Origin: Cyanidioschyzon merolae
Lineage: Eukaryota
NCBI GenBank assembly: GCA_000091205.1
Contig: AP006502.2
Strand: one strand, 5' to 3'
DNA length: 64,000 bases
Both the position numbers and the translations under genes were made by a program. Positions 1 to 10,619 of this stretch are shown in pieces. Every line of letters starts with the position of its first letter. The first letter of the stretch is position 1. The notes under the pieces are model-generated. The model was given only the letters and a program-made list of their open reading frames with translations. It ran no database searches and was not told the origin of the DNA.

Positions 1-940
1 GGTTTCAGACTGCGGTGCCTGCTTCGACGTCTTTTCCTCGCTGTCGCGCCGCGTCTGCTCCGTGGAAGGAGCCCGCTCTCCTCTGACAGACGCTTTTTCT
101 CATTTTCACTTCTACTTGGCGGCGCGGCATGCGTGTCATTGCTATACATCACAGCCGTTTTGATCATCGTTACTCAGAAGCATCCCTCGGACAGTGAGTC
201 CGAGACGTGCCTGTTCTATCTGTGCCTGTATCCATCTGCAACGCCTCATGCACACGCTCGTCACCACCTGCTGCTGCAAGCACGCCCGTGGTCCCAGGCG
301 CGCCTTTCCGCTGCACCCTCTCGCCCGCTCGCACGAACCGAGAAGCAATATAGTAGCCCAGGGATGCCGAAGGTAGAGCGAGGCGTGCCGAAGAACGGTT
401 TGTTCGTGGACGGCGCCAGGGATACGCACGACTCGTCTACCGATCCCGGAGCGTAGCATGGGCGCAGGACAACACAGAAGCCATCTCCAACTGGACCGAA
501 CACAGGAAAACACGCTGACCCAAAGAGCAGCCTGATGAAAATCCCAGCTGGGGACTCCCTGATCGCTCCTGCGTCATGGCAGGTGACCTTCTCCAAGTGC
601 AGGACAGGAGCATGCTGGATGGAAGAGCCAGAAAGCGCTGCGGCTCCCAAGTCTATACATTTCTTATACAAGTGGACAACACGCGTTGCGGTCACCAGCA
701 TCGTCCATGAACTCGATTTGGAATCAGCGCATCATTTTGGTACAATTAGGAATCTAATGGACAACACGCTTGGGGCCGCCACCACCTCCCATGCCTCTGC
801 TGCGAAGGCACACGCTCTCGCCGGCATGCGCTTCTGTGGACACCACCAAGCGAGGTGTTATGACGTAGACACTGGAGTATGCAATATATCACGACGCCGC
901 GGTAGGCTTAAGGACATCATAATCACGATTTTGAAAACAG

Positions 941-3574
941 ATGGAAGAATCAGTGGGAACGTACGCGACGCTTCATAGTCGACAACCTGCGTTCGTTGGA
1001 GAGCTCGTGAACGCCCGGCAAGTCAGTGCGCACTCGTGGAGACAACGAGCGTCCATTTATTCCAACCGACAGTACGTGTTTGGCCTGCCACACTTTCAGA
1101 ACTTTGCTTCTAAACGAAAGCGAAGTCGTTATTCAGTGTACAGGACGCAATGTGAACCGTGGCGGCAGCCGGGTCCCGCTGAGGCACGCTGGGCCGCGCT
1201 TGCTGGAGCTTGCTCCACCCTGCGCGCTGTGCAGCGCCAGGCTGACTTGCGTGAACCTCCATGCACCGCAACTGAGCCTAACCAAAGAGCGAACGCTTCG
1301 ACCACCAACGGAGAGTGGCGTCCGCGGCTCGTTGTTGTCGGACCTCCGGGTTCCGGCAAAACGACACTAACCGAGCAGTTGCGTCAAGTGTACGGTCTTG
1401 TACGGGTCGGATGCGGCGACCTGCTACGTGCCCACGTTTTATACGGGACGGATATTGGTTTGGCTTCCAAGGCGTATATGGAATCTAACGAACTGGTTCC
1501 AGATGGAATCGTGATACCTCTCGTTCTCGAAAGACTTCGACAACGAGATTGTGAGGAACACGGATGGGTCCTAGACGGATTCCCTCGGACTGAAGCGCAG
1601 GCGCTGGCCTTGTTTGACTTTCTGGATATCGTAGGTGACAGCGCTGATGCAGAAAACTCCAGTCCTTCGATATCCATGGGCGCAAGGCCCGCAGGAACCA
1701 TCATTCTGCTCGAAGCCAGCGATGAGTGTCTCGTGGAACGTATCCGCCATCGCCGCATTGACCCCGTTACCCATACTGTCTACAATATGAAGTTCAATCC
1801 ACCAGAAGAAGAGGATATCATGGAAAGGCTCCTCCGTGTCCCATCGGATGAACCGGAAGCGTTTCGCCTACGCCTGACGCAGTACCGGGAAGCGCTGCCG
1901 GCGCTCCTGGCATGCATTTCCCAGCTGACACGGGCTCGGCGTGGCGATCAAGCGAACAATGTTGGCCTGATTCGTCTGAATGTATCCGAGCCAGGTGTTC
2001 AAGATCGTTTCCAAGAACTTGAGGAGCAACTGAAGCGAATCTGGGGAGCCAAAAGGCGATCCAACCAGTACGCGGAACACATATCCGGTTCGGTCTGGGT
2101 GCCGCATGCCTCGACGGCACTTGCACGAGCGCGAGCGGCAGGATTGCTGAATACGCCCTCCACGCGTACCTTTTCGGACTGGCGTGAGGACCCGGTCGAG
2201 ACCTCACTCAATGGAGGCGCTGGTCAACGCGATCAACTAGGATCGGGCTTGAGTACAGCCCACGCGGACGACGATGCCGTGGAACCGATGCTTGATGGCG
2301 CGTCGATGTCATCTGGCCAAGTGTCGGCAGCGGAGCAAGGTGCCGCGAGCAGTCCAGTTCGTCGATCCAACGACAACGATGCTCCAGAGTTGACGCTGCG
2401 CTCAGATCCCGAGCGAGTAAAAGCGTCACCTCAACCAGTCGATGCCGAAACAGCGAATCGCTCGACGGCGAGCAAGTACGAAAAGGCGTCCATCACTTTG
2501 ATTCGTTGCGACGGTGTTCAGTGCGTTCGCGAAGTTGTTCATCTTGGTGATATCGCTTTTCATGGGAGCGCGACCGAACAAGTAATGCTTCGTTGGAACG
2601 AACGACCTCGAACGGTCCTCTTGCTCGTCAAAAAGGGAGCTAATCTTTGTGAAATAGCGAAGCAAGCGGTGGACTACTTGCAAAACAGCGAACGGCTTCG
2701 AGTGCTCGTCGAGCCCTGGGTCCAGACGGAGCTGTTCGCGCTCGGAACCTATACCGATTCGTTCCATCACAGCCAGGACTTGCACCGCTGCGTCGATCTG
2801 GTAGTTTGTCTCGGTGGTGATGGCCTCATTCTGTACACATCTACCCTATTTCGAACGGCGGTGCCTCCAGTTGCTCCGTTTAACCTTGGATCTCTCGGCT
2901 TTCTGACACCATTCGAATGGAAAGACTTTCAGGGACACATACGTACCATGCTTTCCAGTGATCTTATGCTTTCGCTGCGAATGCGCCTCTTGGCCACGGT
3001 GGTGCGCGTCTCGGGCCAAGCCGAGCAACAGTTTCATGTTCTGAATGAAGTTGTCGTAGACCGGGGAGCTTCGCCTTTTCTCTGCCAGCTGGAGTGTTAC
3101 TGGGATGATGCACCGCTCGCCAGCGTCCAAGCCGATGGGATTATCGTTGCGTCGCCGACCGGATCCACAGCCTACTCCCTCGCCGCCGGTGGTGCTATGG
3201 TGCACCCGAGTGTGCCAGCTATCTGTGTGACGCCGGTTTGCCCGCACTCGCTGGGTCTGAGGCCGGTTGTGCTCCCAGACTCGGCTCGTATTCGAGTCCA
3301 GGTGAGCCCCGAGGCACGCTCCCATGCCTGGGCGAGTTTCGACGGGAAGCACCGGCTGCAGCTGCGGCGCGGGGATTCGCTGCTTGTCGAAATGAGCAAG
3401 TACCCAATGCCGACTGTGAACGCTACTGATCATGCTGCCGACTGGTTTGGTTCTCTGAATCGTGGGTTCGGTTTTAACGTGCGCGGAGCGAAACCGAAAC
3501 CTCGTGTGATGGGGCGCTCCTCCACAGCGGAGCAAGCGAGTGTTGATCGCTTTGCGGACGGCACCGAATCATGA
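941..3574 (+). CDS. Adenylate kinase and NAD(+) kinase fused in one polypeptide (877 aa). The true start may be downstream of the first Met.
   Basis: N-terminal half carries the adenylate-kinase P-loop 'VVVGPPGSGKTTLTEQL', 'LDGFPRT' and a LID-like 'RRIDPVTHTVYN'. C-terminal half carries NAD-kinase motifs 'VVCLGGDGLILYTSTLF', 'NEVVVDRG' and 'DGIIVASPTGSTAYSLAAGGAMVHP'. A single uninterrupted ORF joins them through a low-complexity linker (about 2000-2460). Confidence 0.8.
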   Translation: MEESVGTYATLHSRQPAFVGELVNARQVSAHSWRQRASIYSNRQYVFGLPHFQNFASKRKRSRYSVYRTQCEPWRQPGPAEARWAALAGACSTLRAVQRQADLREPPCTATEPNQRANASTTNGEWRPRLVVVGPPGSGKTTLTEQLRQVYGLVRVGCGDLLRAHVLYGTDIGLASKAYMESNELVPDGIVIPLVLERLRQRDCEEHGWVLDGFPRTEAQALALFDFLDIVGDSADAENSSPSISMGARPAGTIILLEASDECLVERIRHRRIDPVTHTVYNMKFNPPEEEDIMERLLRVPSDEPEAFRLRLTQYREALPALLACISQLTRARRGDQANNVGLIRLNVSEPGVQDRFQELEEQLKRIWGAKRRSNQYAEHISGSVWVPHASTALARARAAGLLNTPSTRTFSDWREDPVETSLNGGAGQRDQLGSGLSTAHADDDAVEPMLDGASMSSGQVSAAEQGAASSPVRRSNDNDAPELTLRSDPERVKASPQPVDAETANRSTASKYEKASITLIRCDGVQCVREVVHLGDIAFHGSATEQVMLRWNERPRTVLLLVKKGANLCEIAKQAVDYLQNSERLRVLVEPWVQTELFALGTYTDSFHHSQDLHRCVDLVVCLGGDGLILYTSTLFRTAVPPVAPFNLGSLGFLTPFEWKDFQGHIRTMLSSDLMLSLRMRLLATVVRVSGQAEQQFHVLNEVVVDRGASPFLCQLECYWDDAPLASVQADGIIVASPTGSTAYSLAAGGAMVHPSVPAICVTPVCPHSLGLRPVVLPDSARIRVQVSPEARSHAWASFDGKHRLQLRRGDSLLVEMSKYPMPTVNATDHAADWFGSLNRGFGFNVRGAKPKPRVMGRSSTAEQASVDRFADGTES

Positions 3575-6500
3575 GCAGTGCCGATTCTGAGACCTGGAAT
3601 GCGCAGACGGGACTCATTCACGCGAGCCCAGCTGAGGTCTGTGTGCTTGCCTCGCACACTATCCACGCAAATGTCCAGAAGAGTGGCATTCAGACGAGTT
3701 GTGGAGTCCGCGCTTCACCTTGCACCCAGTTCATGGAGGCATCAGGCAGTGTAGATGGGGCGCAGATACCGCCAAGGCTCGGCGCGCCCGGGCGCTAAAC
3801 ACTCTACAGACCCCGTATGTCCAGCGTTCAGCAGAGCAATTGCGACCTCGGCGGTGAGTTCGACTCCGCCTAGGTACCAGAAGCGCGTCGAGTCAGCGGC
3901 TAGAGGTCGCGTTGAACGTGCTTCCGTGGTCGTCGTCGTCGTCGACATCTACTGTTGCTGCTGGTGGACCCGGCGCTTTGTTGCGACGACGCATTGCCGG
4001 CCGGTATCGTCGGAGCTTGCGGTGCAGATGCCGCTCCGCAGAGGCCGCGTCTGCAGGCCAGCGTCTGTCGATAAGCGCAGGTGCAGTCGCGTCCAGGCAC
4101 TGGAGTCGTGCTGCCAGTCGCGTCGTAGTCGCACGGGGTCTGTTTCGTGGGGAGTGTTCGTGGCCGTTGCGCGGCTGCGGATGCAACCACAGGGTCCAGT
4201 TTGGTAACGCGCACCGCATCCGCACAATGCAACTGTCCAAACAGACACCACAGATACGTATCTCTCGCGTGGGAGCACTGCGACGCGCGTCTGCAGCCGC
4301 AGGCAGGCTATCGACTATGCAAGTCGTGCGGTTACGAGCGCGTAGGTCAAGCACATCGCCTCGGTCGCATGTTCTGGATGGGGGGCTCGTTACTGCCACT
4401 GGAGCAGTCCGGATCAGCGCGTATCTCCATTCACTTGACTTTCCATGTTTAGAGTTGCGTCGGGTTACTGGTTTCAGGCAAGAGATGCCGACTTTCATAA
4501 ACACGAACACATATCACATGACCATTCTCGAGCGCAACAATCCGCTCACAACCTCTTGAGCGCGGAAAGAGCGTGCCACAGCATTCCCAAAAGAAGCTCT
4601 CAAACCGGAACCAACCTGTCCAGTAGAGTAACGAGATTAGACTCCAGGTGTACGGAAAGAGAAGCAAGGTAAAGATCAGGAACGCGTAGTCGTAGCGAGC
4701 TGGATGGATGTCGTTGAAGACCTTCACGACGCGGGGAACTGCGCCGCTCCACGCTGCCGGTGCCGGGGCTGTCGTAATCGTTGCCGTAGAGGCCCCGACC
4801 GACGCATCGACTGCGTCCGTGGTCGGCGTGCCGTCGGCTGCAGGGCCCACAGGCACTTGCGTCAGGCGATGCTCGCGAACCGTTTGCCAGTAACCGTAGC
4901 GATGCCGCTTCTGCCAGTCCGCAACGTACGGCGGCAGAAGCGCACCCTCGGCACCCGCGAGCGTCGAGCGCTGACTCGCAGCGTCGGGTCCCAGGCACGG
5001 ACCCGCTGGCCAAGCTGATGCACCCTCCCCGGGACCCAGTTCTTCACCGCAAACGAAGCAGCGCGAGTAGTACTGCGACAGCGGTAGAAACACGAACGAT
5101 TCTGGCTCCAAAGAGTCCGCGTCCGCGGCCGGCGTCAGAGGCGAGGCCACCAGACGCGGCTGGTGCAGCGCCGCGGCACTGTTCCCCGCGAATCCTCAGC
5201 CGTCTAGTGGCTCAAGCGGCTGGGCTCCAGCCGAAAGACGCTGGACGCCCCGTCCAGACCTGCTGGTTTGACGCTGACCTCCTGTGCGTTGCGTCGACGC
5301 ACCCCCTCCGACGAACACATGCACGCGCTCGTTTGCATCAGAAGCTTTGGACGTTGCCCGATCACCTGGTCCAGCTACTTTCCCCTGATCACCGTTTATC
5401 ATGTGCGTTCGTCTCGGTTGGTGGCAAGTTCTAGTCTCTCTGCCGGTTCACAGCGGTCTCTGGCGTTCCAGACTCGCCCAGGATACCGCCTATGAATGCA
5501 GCGCGGACGTCCGGCAGCGCTCCCGGCGGTGGTATCCGTTGACGCAGCGTCGAGGGATGATGAGGCGGCGACGATCGACGCCACAAACCCGCAGAGGATC
5601 GCATGCTCCGTTGGCCTCGGGAGTCCTAGTAGCGGCATATTGCTCGAGCTGGAAGCTTCATATCGCAAACATTGCTATAGGCGCCACTGCTGTCGCTTTC
5701 GGCAGGCTCGGCACACGACAGGACGTAGGAAACGACCAGAATATCCGAGACGAATTATAGGTAATGGAACATGGAAGTAGGGGGTTGATGGATACTTTAC
5801 AGTGCACTGAAAAAAAAGCATAAAGAAAGAAGGAAGAAACGCGCATAATCGGAGAACGCTGGCGTAAGTAAACGCTCTGTCAATGAAAAAAATCGCAAAC
5901 ATAGCATGGTATGGTCTTTCAACTGGATTTTGGTTCATAACAGCTGAGTGGAATCGAATGCTTGTTAACAGTGCATTGCTGGAAGTCCTAATCACGGTGC
6001 AGTGTATACTCTGGATCCTAGTCGAATTGTTTGTAAAATGGATTCTTTATTGAATAGTGCACGGAGGACGGCATTCTACATTCAGGTCAGTCTTACGTCT
6101 ACCCTCAGATGGTTGACGAGCACTAAAAGAGAAAAGTACATGCGCTCCGCGTCAAAAACCGACAGTCTCAAAGAGTTCTTGCGTTCAATGATAGAAAATG
6201 ATTCGTTGATCATCGAACTGAAAGCAATAAGCGGCGAGTACAGCCACCGCCGGTATCTATCTTTCTAAACAGCTTGCTCCTTTAGCCCTGAATACACTGG
6301 GATACAGTGGGAAAAAGGTCCTAGTTCACGCACGGCCATCTTGCACGGAAATCCCAACGATTACAACGTTCCTGGAACTCAGCGACCGGTTTGAAACACA
6401 AGGACATCGGTTTGTTTTTTAAGACGGCGAGGCCTCATTCGGATGAAACGGTCGGAGCTTATATGCGTACTCGCCGAGCATGCATCCCGTTTTATATACA

Positions 6501-7056
6501 ATCGAACTCGAGGGGAATGAGGACATCATCTTCCGTTCAAGCCGCAGTGGACTCATTTGGCGGCTACAGTTTCGCTTATAGAGAAAGCGTATTCAACAGC
6601 ACCAACCACCTTGTCGAATCATGGAAGACTTGTTCGCTGACGCCTGGCGACGCTCTCCTAGTGATCAACTTGGTAGTTCACAATCCCCGCTGCGTCCCCG
6701 CTTTCGTGGATACTATTGAGGTAGAGCTGCTTTTCATTCCAGCGTACTCTTCGAGCTTAAATCGTATCGAAAGGAGTGTTTTCGCTCGTGACACGTAATG
6801 ATCACCTCAGAAGGCGAATCGCTGAAGCGCTTAGCACACATTGATACCGGGAGACATGTCGCCTTTCCCCTGCAAGTCCTTCTCCATCCGGAAGGTTCTC
6901 GCCTTAATGCATAAAGAAGTGAGTTCATTTGAATGAAAAATTCATGGGAACGGTATAGCCATGCAAGTCAAGGATCACGGGAGGCCGCTGTCGCCGGGTA
7001 CCTCGAAAAACGGAAAAATCCTAGGCTCGCCGACTATCGATCGAAAAAGGGTATCT

Positions 7057-7098
7057 GACGACGACGACAACGACGACAACGACGACAACGACAACGAC
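7057..7098. repeat. (GACGACGACAAC)n minisatellite
   Basis: Direct reading 'gacgacgacaacgacgacaacgacgacaacgacaacgac'. Confidence 0.9.
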
Positions 7099-7192
7099 CA
7101 AGAAGAAGAATAGAGGCGATAGACGAGAATAGACGTTCGCCCGACGTGACAATGCCGAGACTGAAACGACACAGAGGGCACGAGTTCCACCT

Positions 7193-7420
7193 ATGCTCCC
7201 AGTGGTGCATTCCACCGGCGGCAATAAACACATAGAGCTCGTGGACCGGGACTTCAACGCTGCCATCAATATCAGACGACTTGTGGCGCTGAAGACGAGA
7301 CCCGCGGAGCTGACACGATCTAACTTTGCGGGGCAGCCTCTCAGGCTCGAAATGTGCTTGGATATACTGAAACTGATTGCAGGCGGCGAGGCGAAAAGGC
7401 TGGACGTCGTCTGCGACTAG
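7193..7420 (+). pseudogene. TnpB/Fanzor-like C-terminal fragment with the RuvC-III motif
   Basis: 'HIELVDRDFNAAINIRRLVALKTRPAELTRSNFAGQPLRLE' matches the C-terminus of the longer copies ('EFVNRDFNAAINI...RPPELTRENFVGQ'). A degenerate 'FHLCSQWC' zinc-finger remnant lies in another frame just upstream. Confidence 0.55.
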
Positions 7421-7499
7421 GTTAACAAACTTACCCTCTATAGTTGTGAAATGTTTATCATTTTGCAGATTATAGTTAGGCGTATGTTCGCTGAACGCC

Positions 7500-7600
7500 A
7501 TTCTACAGACAAACGACGCCAGCAGTGTACAGTAGTGGCGAGAAGCCCGCCCTAGACGAAACGTCTCCAACTGACGTGCAGACGCCTCCCCGTCATTTTG
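7500..7600 (-). ncRNA. Candidate omega-RNA-like scaffold: conserved 3' tail of copy A
   Basis: After the 'GGRSK' codons the three copies' protein sequences diverge by frameshift. Nucleotide identity (about 85%) continues for about 100 nt through 'ccactactgtacac(t/c)gctg' before flanking sequence diverges. Confidence 0.3.
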
Positions 7601-8394
7601 GACCGGCCACCCAATACTGCCTCCAACTTTTTCTCATGTAGTTCGAGTTTGAGAAGTTGTCCAACAAAGTTCTCTCGTGTGAGTTCCGGAGGTCTCATCT
7701 CCAGCACCGCACATCTACTTATATTGATAGCGGCGTTAAAGTCTCGGTTCACGAACTCCACCCGTTTCTTGCCACTGATCGGACTAATTAATGCGAGTAG
7801 TCCACGAACGTTCGCCCTCCTTTCCATTTGCTCCTCCGTCAGCGGTCCGTACTTTGCTATTTCCTCAGGGCTCCTCTGGCGCTTCTCCATCTCGACCCTT
7901 TGAAGTGTGCACCCCAGTTCATGGTGTGTATACGATGTTCGGAACTCATCTATCGGGGTTGTAACGAACCGCCATGCGCACTCCTTGTACGTTCTTGTCG
8001 TTGGAGCTGGCATAGTCCCTTTTTGGGTCTTCCATCGCCCTGCTCCGCACGCTACTATCAGCCTCTGACTTTGATTCTCTTTGAGGGCACTCAACTGATT
8101 GAAAAAGTCCGCGAACGCCCGCTCCCTCTACCCGTATGGATTCATACGCAGACGAGCCAACCGAGGCTTCGTATACTCCTCCCAGAGCGCATCCCAATGC
8201 GCAACGCGAACATCCATGAATTTTCGAAAAGCTTCAAAGTCCGCTCCTCGGCTCGTGACCTCGCTCAAAGCTGCCAGGTGATCCTTCATTCCTGAATTCC
8301 AATTCTCGATTTTCTTCCTCGCATTCATTATACCGGATTCTCGATCGTATTTGGCTCTCGAGAACCTCAAAAGACGCATGTCTTTCCGACGCAA
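7552..8394 (-). pseudogene. TnpB/Fanzor-like RuvC nuclease ORF interrupted by an in-frame TAG (ORFs 8128..8394 and 7552..8094 share one frame)
   Basis: '...ARLRMNPYG*RERAFADFFNQLSALKENQSQRLIVACGAGRWKTQKG...IDEFRTSYTHHELGC...KKRVEFVNRDFNAAINI'. The stop falls at 8128-8130. The downstream ORF begins at a TTG, not ATG. Confidence 0.6.
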
Positions 8395-8498
8395 ATTACC
8401 GTCAGTGCCATCTTCCGAACGCTCCGGGCCTGCACCTTAGAGATATTCGGCGCCAGTTTGCCTCAGCTGGGCATGCTCTGCTGCGTTTTGTGACGGAT

Positions 8499-9917
8499 TC
8501 ACCGCTCCGCCGATACACCACTGTTCGTCGCATGCCCAGAGTGCTGAGGATGGGCATGCCCGAGCTGCTGCAGCGCACGCTCCAGAATACGCTTCTTTCC
8601 TATGCGAAAGCGCCGCGCCAGCTCCAATCGCTGGTTGCTCGGCTGCCATTGCTCATCCTCAGTGAGCGTCGTCGGCTTGCGCGCGAGCTCTTCGCGAATC
8701 AGTGCTATCAGACCAGTCGCCGAGAGGTGTTGGACCGACTCTGGATTGCGCACGCGGCCTGTCGCATCGAAAACGATCGTCGTCTCTGAGGCATCGTCCC
8801 AGAGCTTGTACGTGTCGTGCGGGTTATCCTCTTCCACGAATCCGTACAAAGCCAAAAGTTCATCGTTGGTCAAAGTGCCGTACGATATGAAGACCTGATC
8901 GCCTGCATGCGTGTCTCGATTGCTTATGCTGAGCGAAAAAGCATCATAAAAGTACTCATAAGCGACCTTCGATTGGACGCGAGAAGAATGATTGAAGAGA
9001 TCAATGAAAGGTGCAATGACATACTTCTTCAACGGTGCACCCTGCATGGACTGATAAATGCGCGGGTACAGCGCGTCAAATACGAGCTGCGACAAGACCA
9101 CCACCAGAAAGACGTTCAGTGCTGCGAACGCGTCCATGAGATGAAAGTTCCAGCTCGCTAGGGAAAGTGCCCCAGCGAAACACGCCTGACGCCAGCGTTC
9201 ACCGAATGGCGTCGTCTCGGAGGGTCCGCTGAATGCGCGCGTGACAACGACGTTCAACGCCCACTGAAAGTCCTGTTCGCTGAATAAACCTCCTCGCACT
9301 TTCAAATCGATTCCGCCTCGTTCGAATGTCTGCCGCACGAACCGACCATAGAGATCCTTCCATTTTCGTTCCTGCTCGCTGATAGCCCGCAAAAGACAAT
9401 CATACTGGAGCTCCCGACGTTCTGCATCTGTCCAGTACAGAGGCCGCTCGTCAAATGTTGTCGGCAAGAGACGGAACCAGGGCGAAAGTGTGCAGTTAGA
9501 CGCCGATACTTTGGCAGGGCCTCGACGCTGGTTTGGCCGGATCTCCCAGCGCTTTAATTTGCGACGCAAGACAAGAGTCTCTAGCTTTCGAGCAGACTCA
9601 GGATCTGCTTTGTACCGCTCGAAAAGCAACAGAAGCGCGAGACGAGCGTACCAAGGCGCCTGCTTCCAGAACATGGGCGCGCAGACCTCTTCTGGCAGAG
9701 GACAACCTCGTCCGCTATCATCGGAGCGGGTCTGCAACGCCAGAAACCCCGGCACTCGAGCGAGAATCGAACCTGCAGGCAAGGCGGTTTCAGCTCTGAG
9801 GCCGCGTAGGTGCTCGCGGCCAAAGTGCGCAATGCTGAGTTCAGCGGTTTCAATGCCGGCGCCTTTTGCCCACTCCATAAAGCCGACCTCTATGCTATGA
9901 TCATTCAGCGTTGTCAT
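8499..9917 (-). CDS. SET-domain protein-lysine methyltransferase (RBCMT/SETD3/SETD6-like). The ORF track extends to 10634, but the likely start is the Met at 9915-9917 or 10089-10091.
   Basis: 'MEWAKGAGIETAELSIAHF...GSILARVP' N-terminal region. SET core 'FIDLFNHSSRVQSKVAYEY...DTHAGDQVFISYG'. C-terminal Rubisco-LSMT-like substrate-binding region. The upstream 240 codons of the ORF overlap the 3' tail of TnpB-like copy B and look non-coding. Confidence 0.75.
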   Translation of the reverse strand: MTTLNDHSIEVGFMEWAKGAGIETAELSIAHFGREHLRGLRAETALPAGSILARVPGFLALQTRSDDSGRGCPLPEEVCAPMFWKQAPWYARLALLLLFERYKADPESARKLETLVLRRKLKRWEIRPNQRRGPAKVSASNCTLSPWFRLLPTTFDERPLYWTDAERRELQYDCLLRAISEQERKWKDLYGRFVRQTFERGGIDLKVRGGLFSEQDFQWALNVVVTRAFSGPSETTPFGERWRQACFAGALSLASWNFHLMDAFAALNVFLVVVLSQLVFDALYPRIYQSMQGAPLKKYVIAPFIDLFNHSSRVQSKVAYEYFYDAFSLSISNRDTHAGDQVFISYGTLTNDELLALYGFVEEDNPHDTYKLWDDASETTIVFDATGRVRNPESVQHLSATGLIALIREELARKPTTLTEDEQWQPSNQRLELARRFRIGKKRILERALQQLGHAHPQHSGHATNSGVSAER

Positions 9918-10619
9918 ATCTAGCTGTGGCGAATGCCTCGTGGCTTCCCTGGTCCATGTATTCTGCTGGGGTTCCTCGCCCGCTGTACTCCTTTGGTGCT
10001 CGCGCGTGTTGCAGTGTTCGCCGCTTTTTTCTTCGCCCAGCTCTCCCTCTCGAGATAGCGTCGCACGCACGCTGGACCGGAAACGAGTCATCAACCGATT
10101 ACACGGAGAGAGGGCCGGTCCGCTGCACACGGACAACGCCACCGGGCACCGTTGCTGCCACACGGTCGACGGCAGCAGCCACGCAACGGTCATCTGGTCT
10201 GGTTCAGCTCTACCAGAAAACAAAAGCATAGTCCCAGTGAGTGACAACTGATCCGACGCAGCCTCACTCGAAGACGCAATCACACGCGCACCTCGCAAAA
10301 AGCAGAACCGTTCAGTGGACGACAATTTCGGAACGTCGCAGGTCACTGCGAAGCTATGATGCGCTGTGCCGCTGCGCTCCAGAGTTGCAAACACTCGCCC
10401 GTTCTTTCGGGGCGCAGCGTAGCCCGGTGCTCCAGTGTGCTTCCAGAGGTCCTTCTTGTACGTCTGAAACGTTTCTACGAAACCACTGAACAGCTTTCTA
10501 TCGTCCAACACGAAACTCAGGAGCTTCAGTCCTTGAGCGAACGAGCATGAGCTTCGTGCTCGCGAGCAGTTCGAGATAGGACGTTTTGGATCAAACGAGG
10601 ATCCGTCGCTGAGTTCGCG

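Larger units (their letters stand above)
6000..7440 (+). mobile_element. Decayed, diverged TnpB/Fanzor-like element (copy D) in an AT-rich island
   Basis: ORFs 6002..6268 and 6391..6798 are about 55-60% identical to ORFs at 18507..18692 and 18987..19202, so this is a second repeat copy. 'SFAYRESVFNSTNHLVESW' resembles 'SRARYYRESGIMNARKKIETW' of the cluster copies. It ends with a RuvC-III fragment at 7193..7420. Confidence 0.45.
7470..8440 (-). mobile_element. TnpB/Fanzor-like element copy A, truncated at the 5' end, including a conserved 3' non-coding tail
   Basis: Homologous at protein and nucleotide level to copies at 10620-11835 (-) and 11840-12880 (+). The RuvC-I region is largely deleted (remnant near 8400-8440). 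Confidence 0.65.

Noticed and set aside
7598-7903. ORFs antisense to the TnpB-like copies (7598..7903, 12416..12772, 63305..63631, 7034..7570) that look conserved between copies
   Set aside because: Their conservation is a by-product of nucleotide conservation of the sense-strand element. They are Ser/Leu-rich low-complexity translations without motifs.
8092-8094. ORF-track start codons taken as true initiation sites
   Set aside because: Several track ORFs begin at TTG or GTG (for example 7552..8094 at TTG, 11259..11828 at GTG), so track starts are only 'first permitted codon'. Real starts were inferred from homology where possible.
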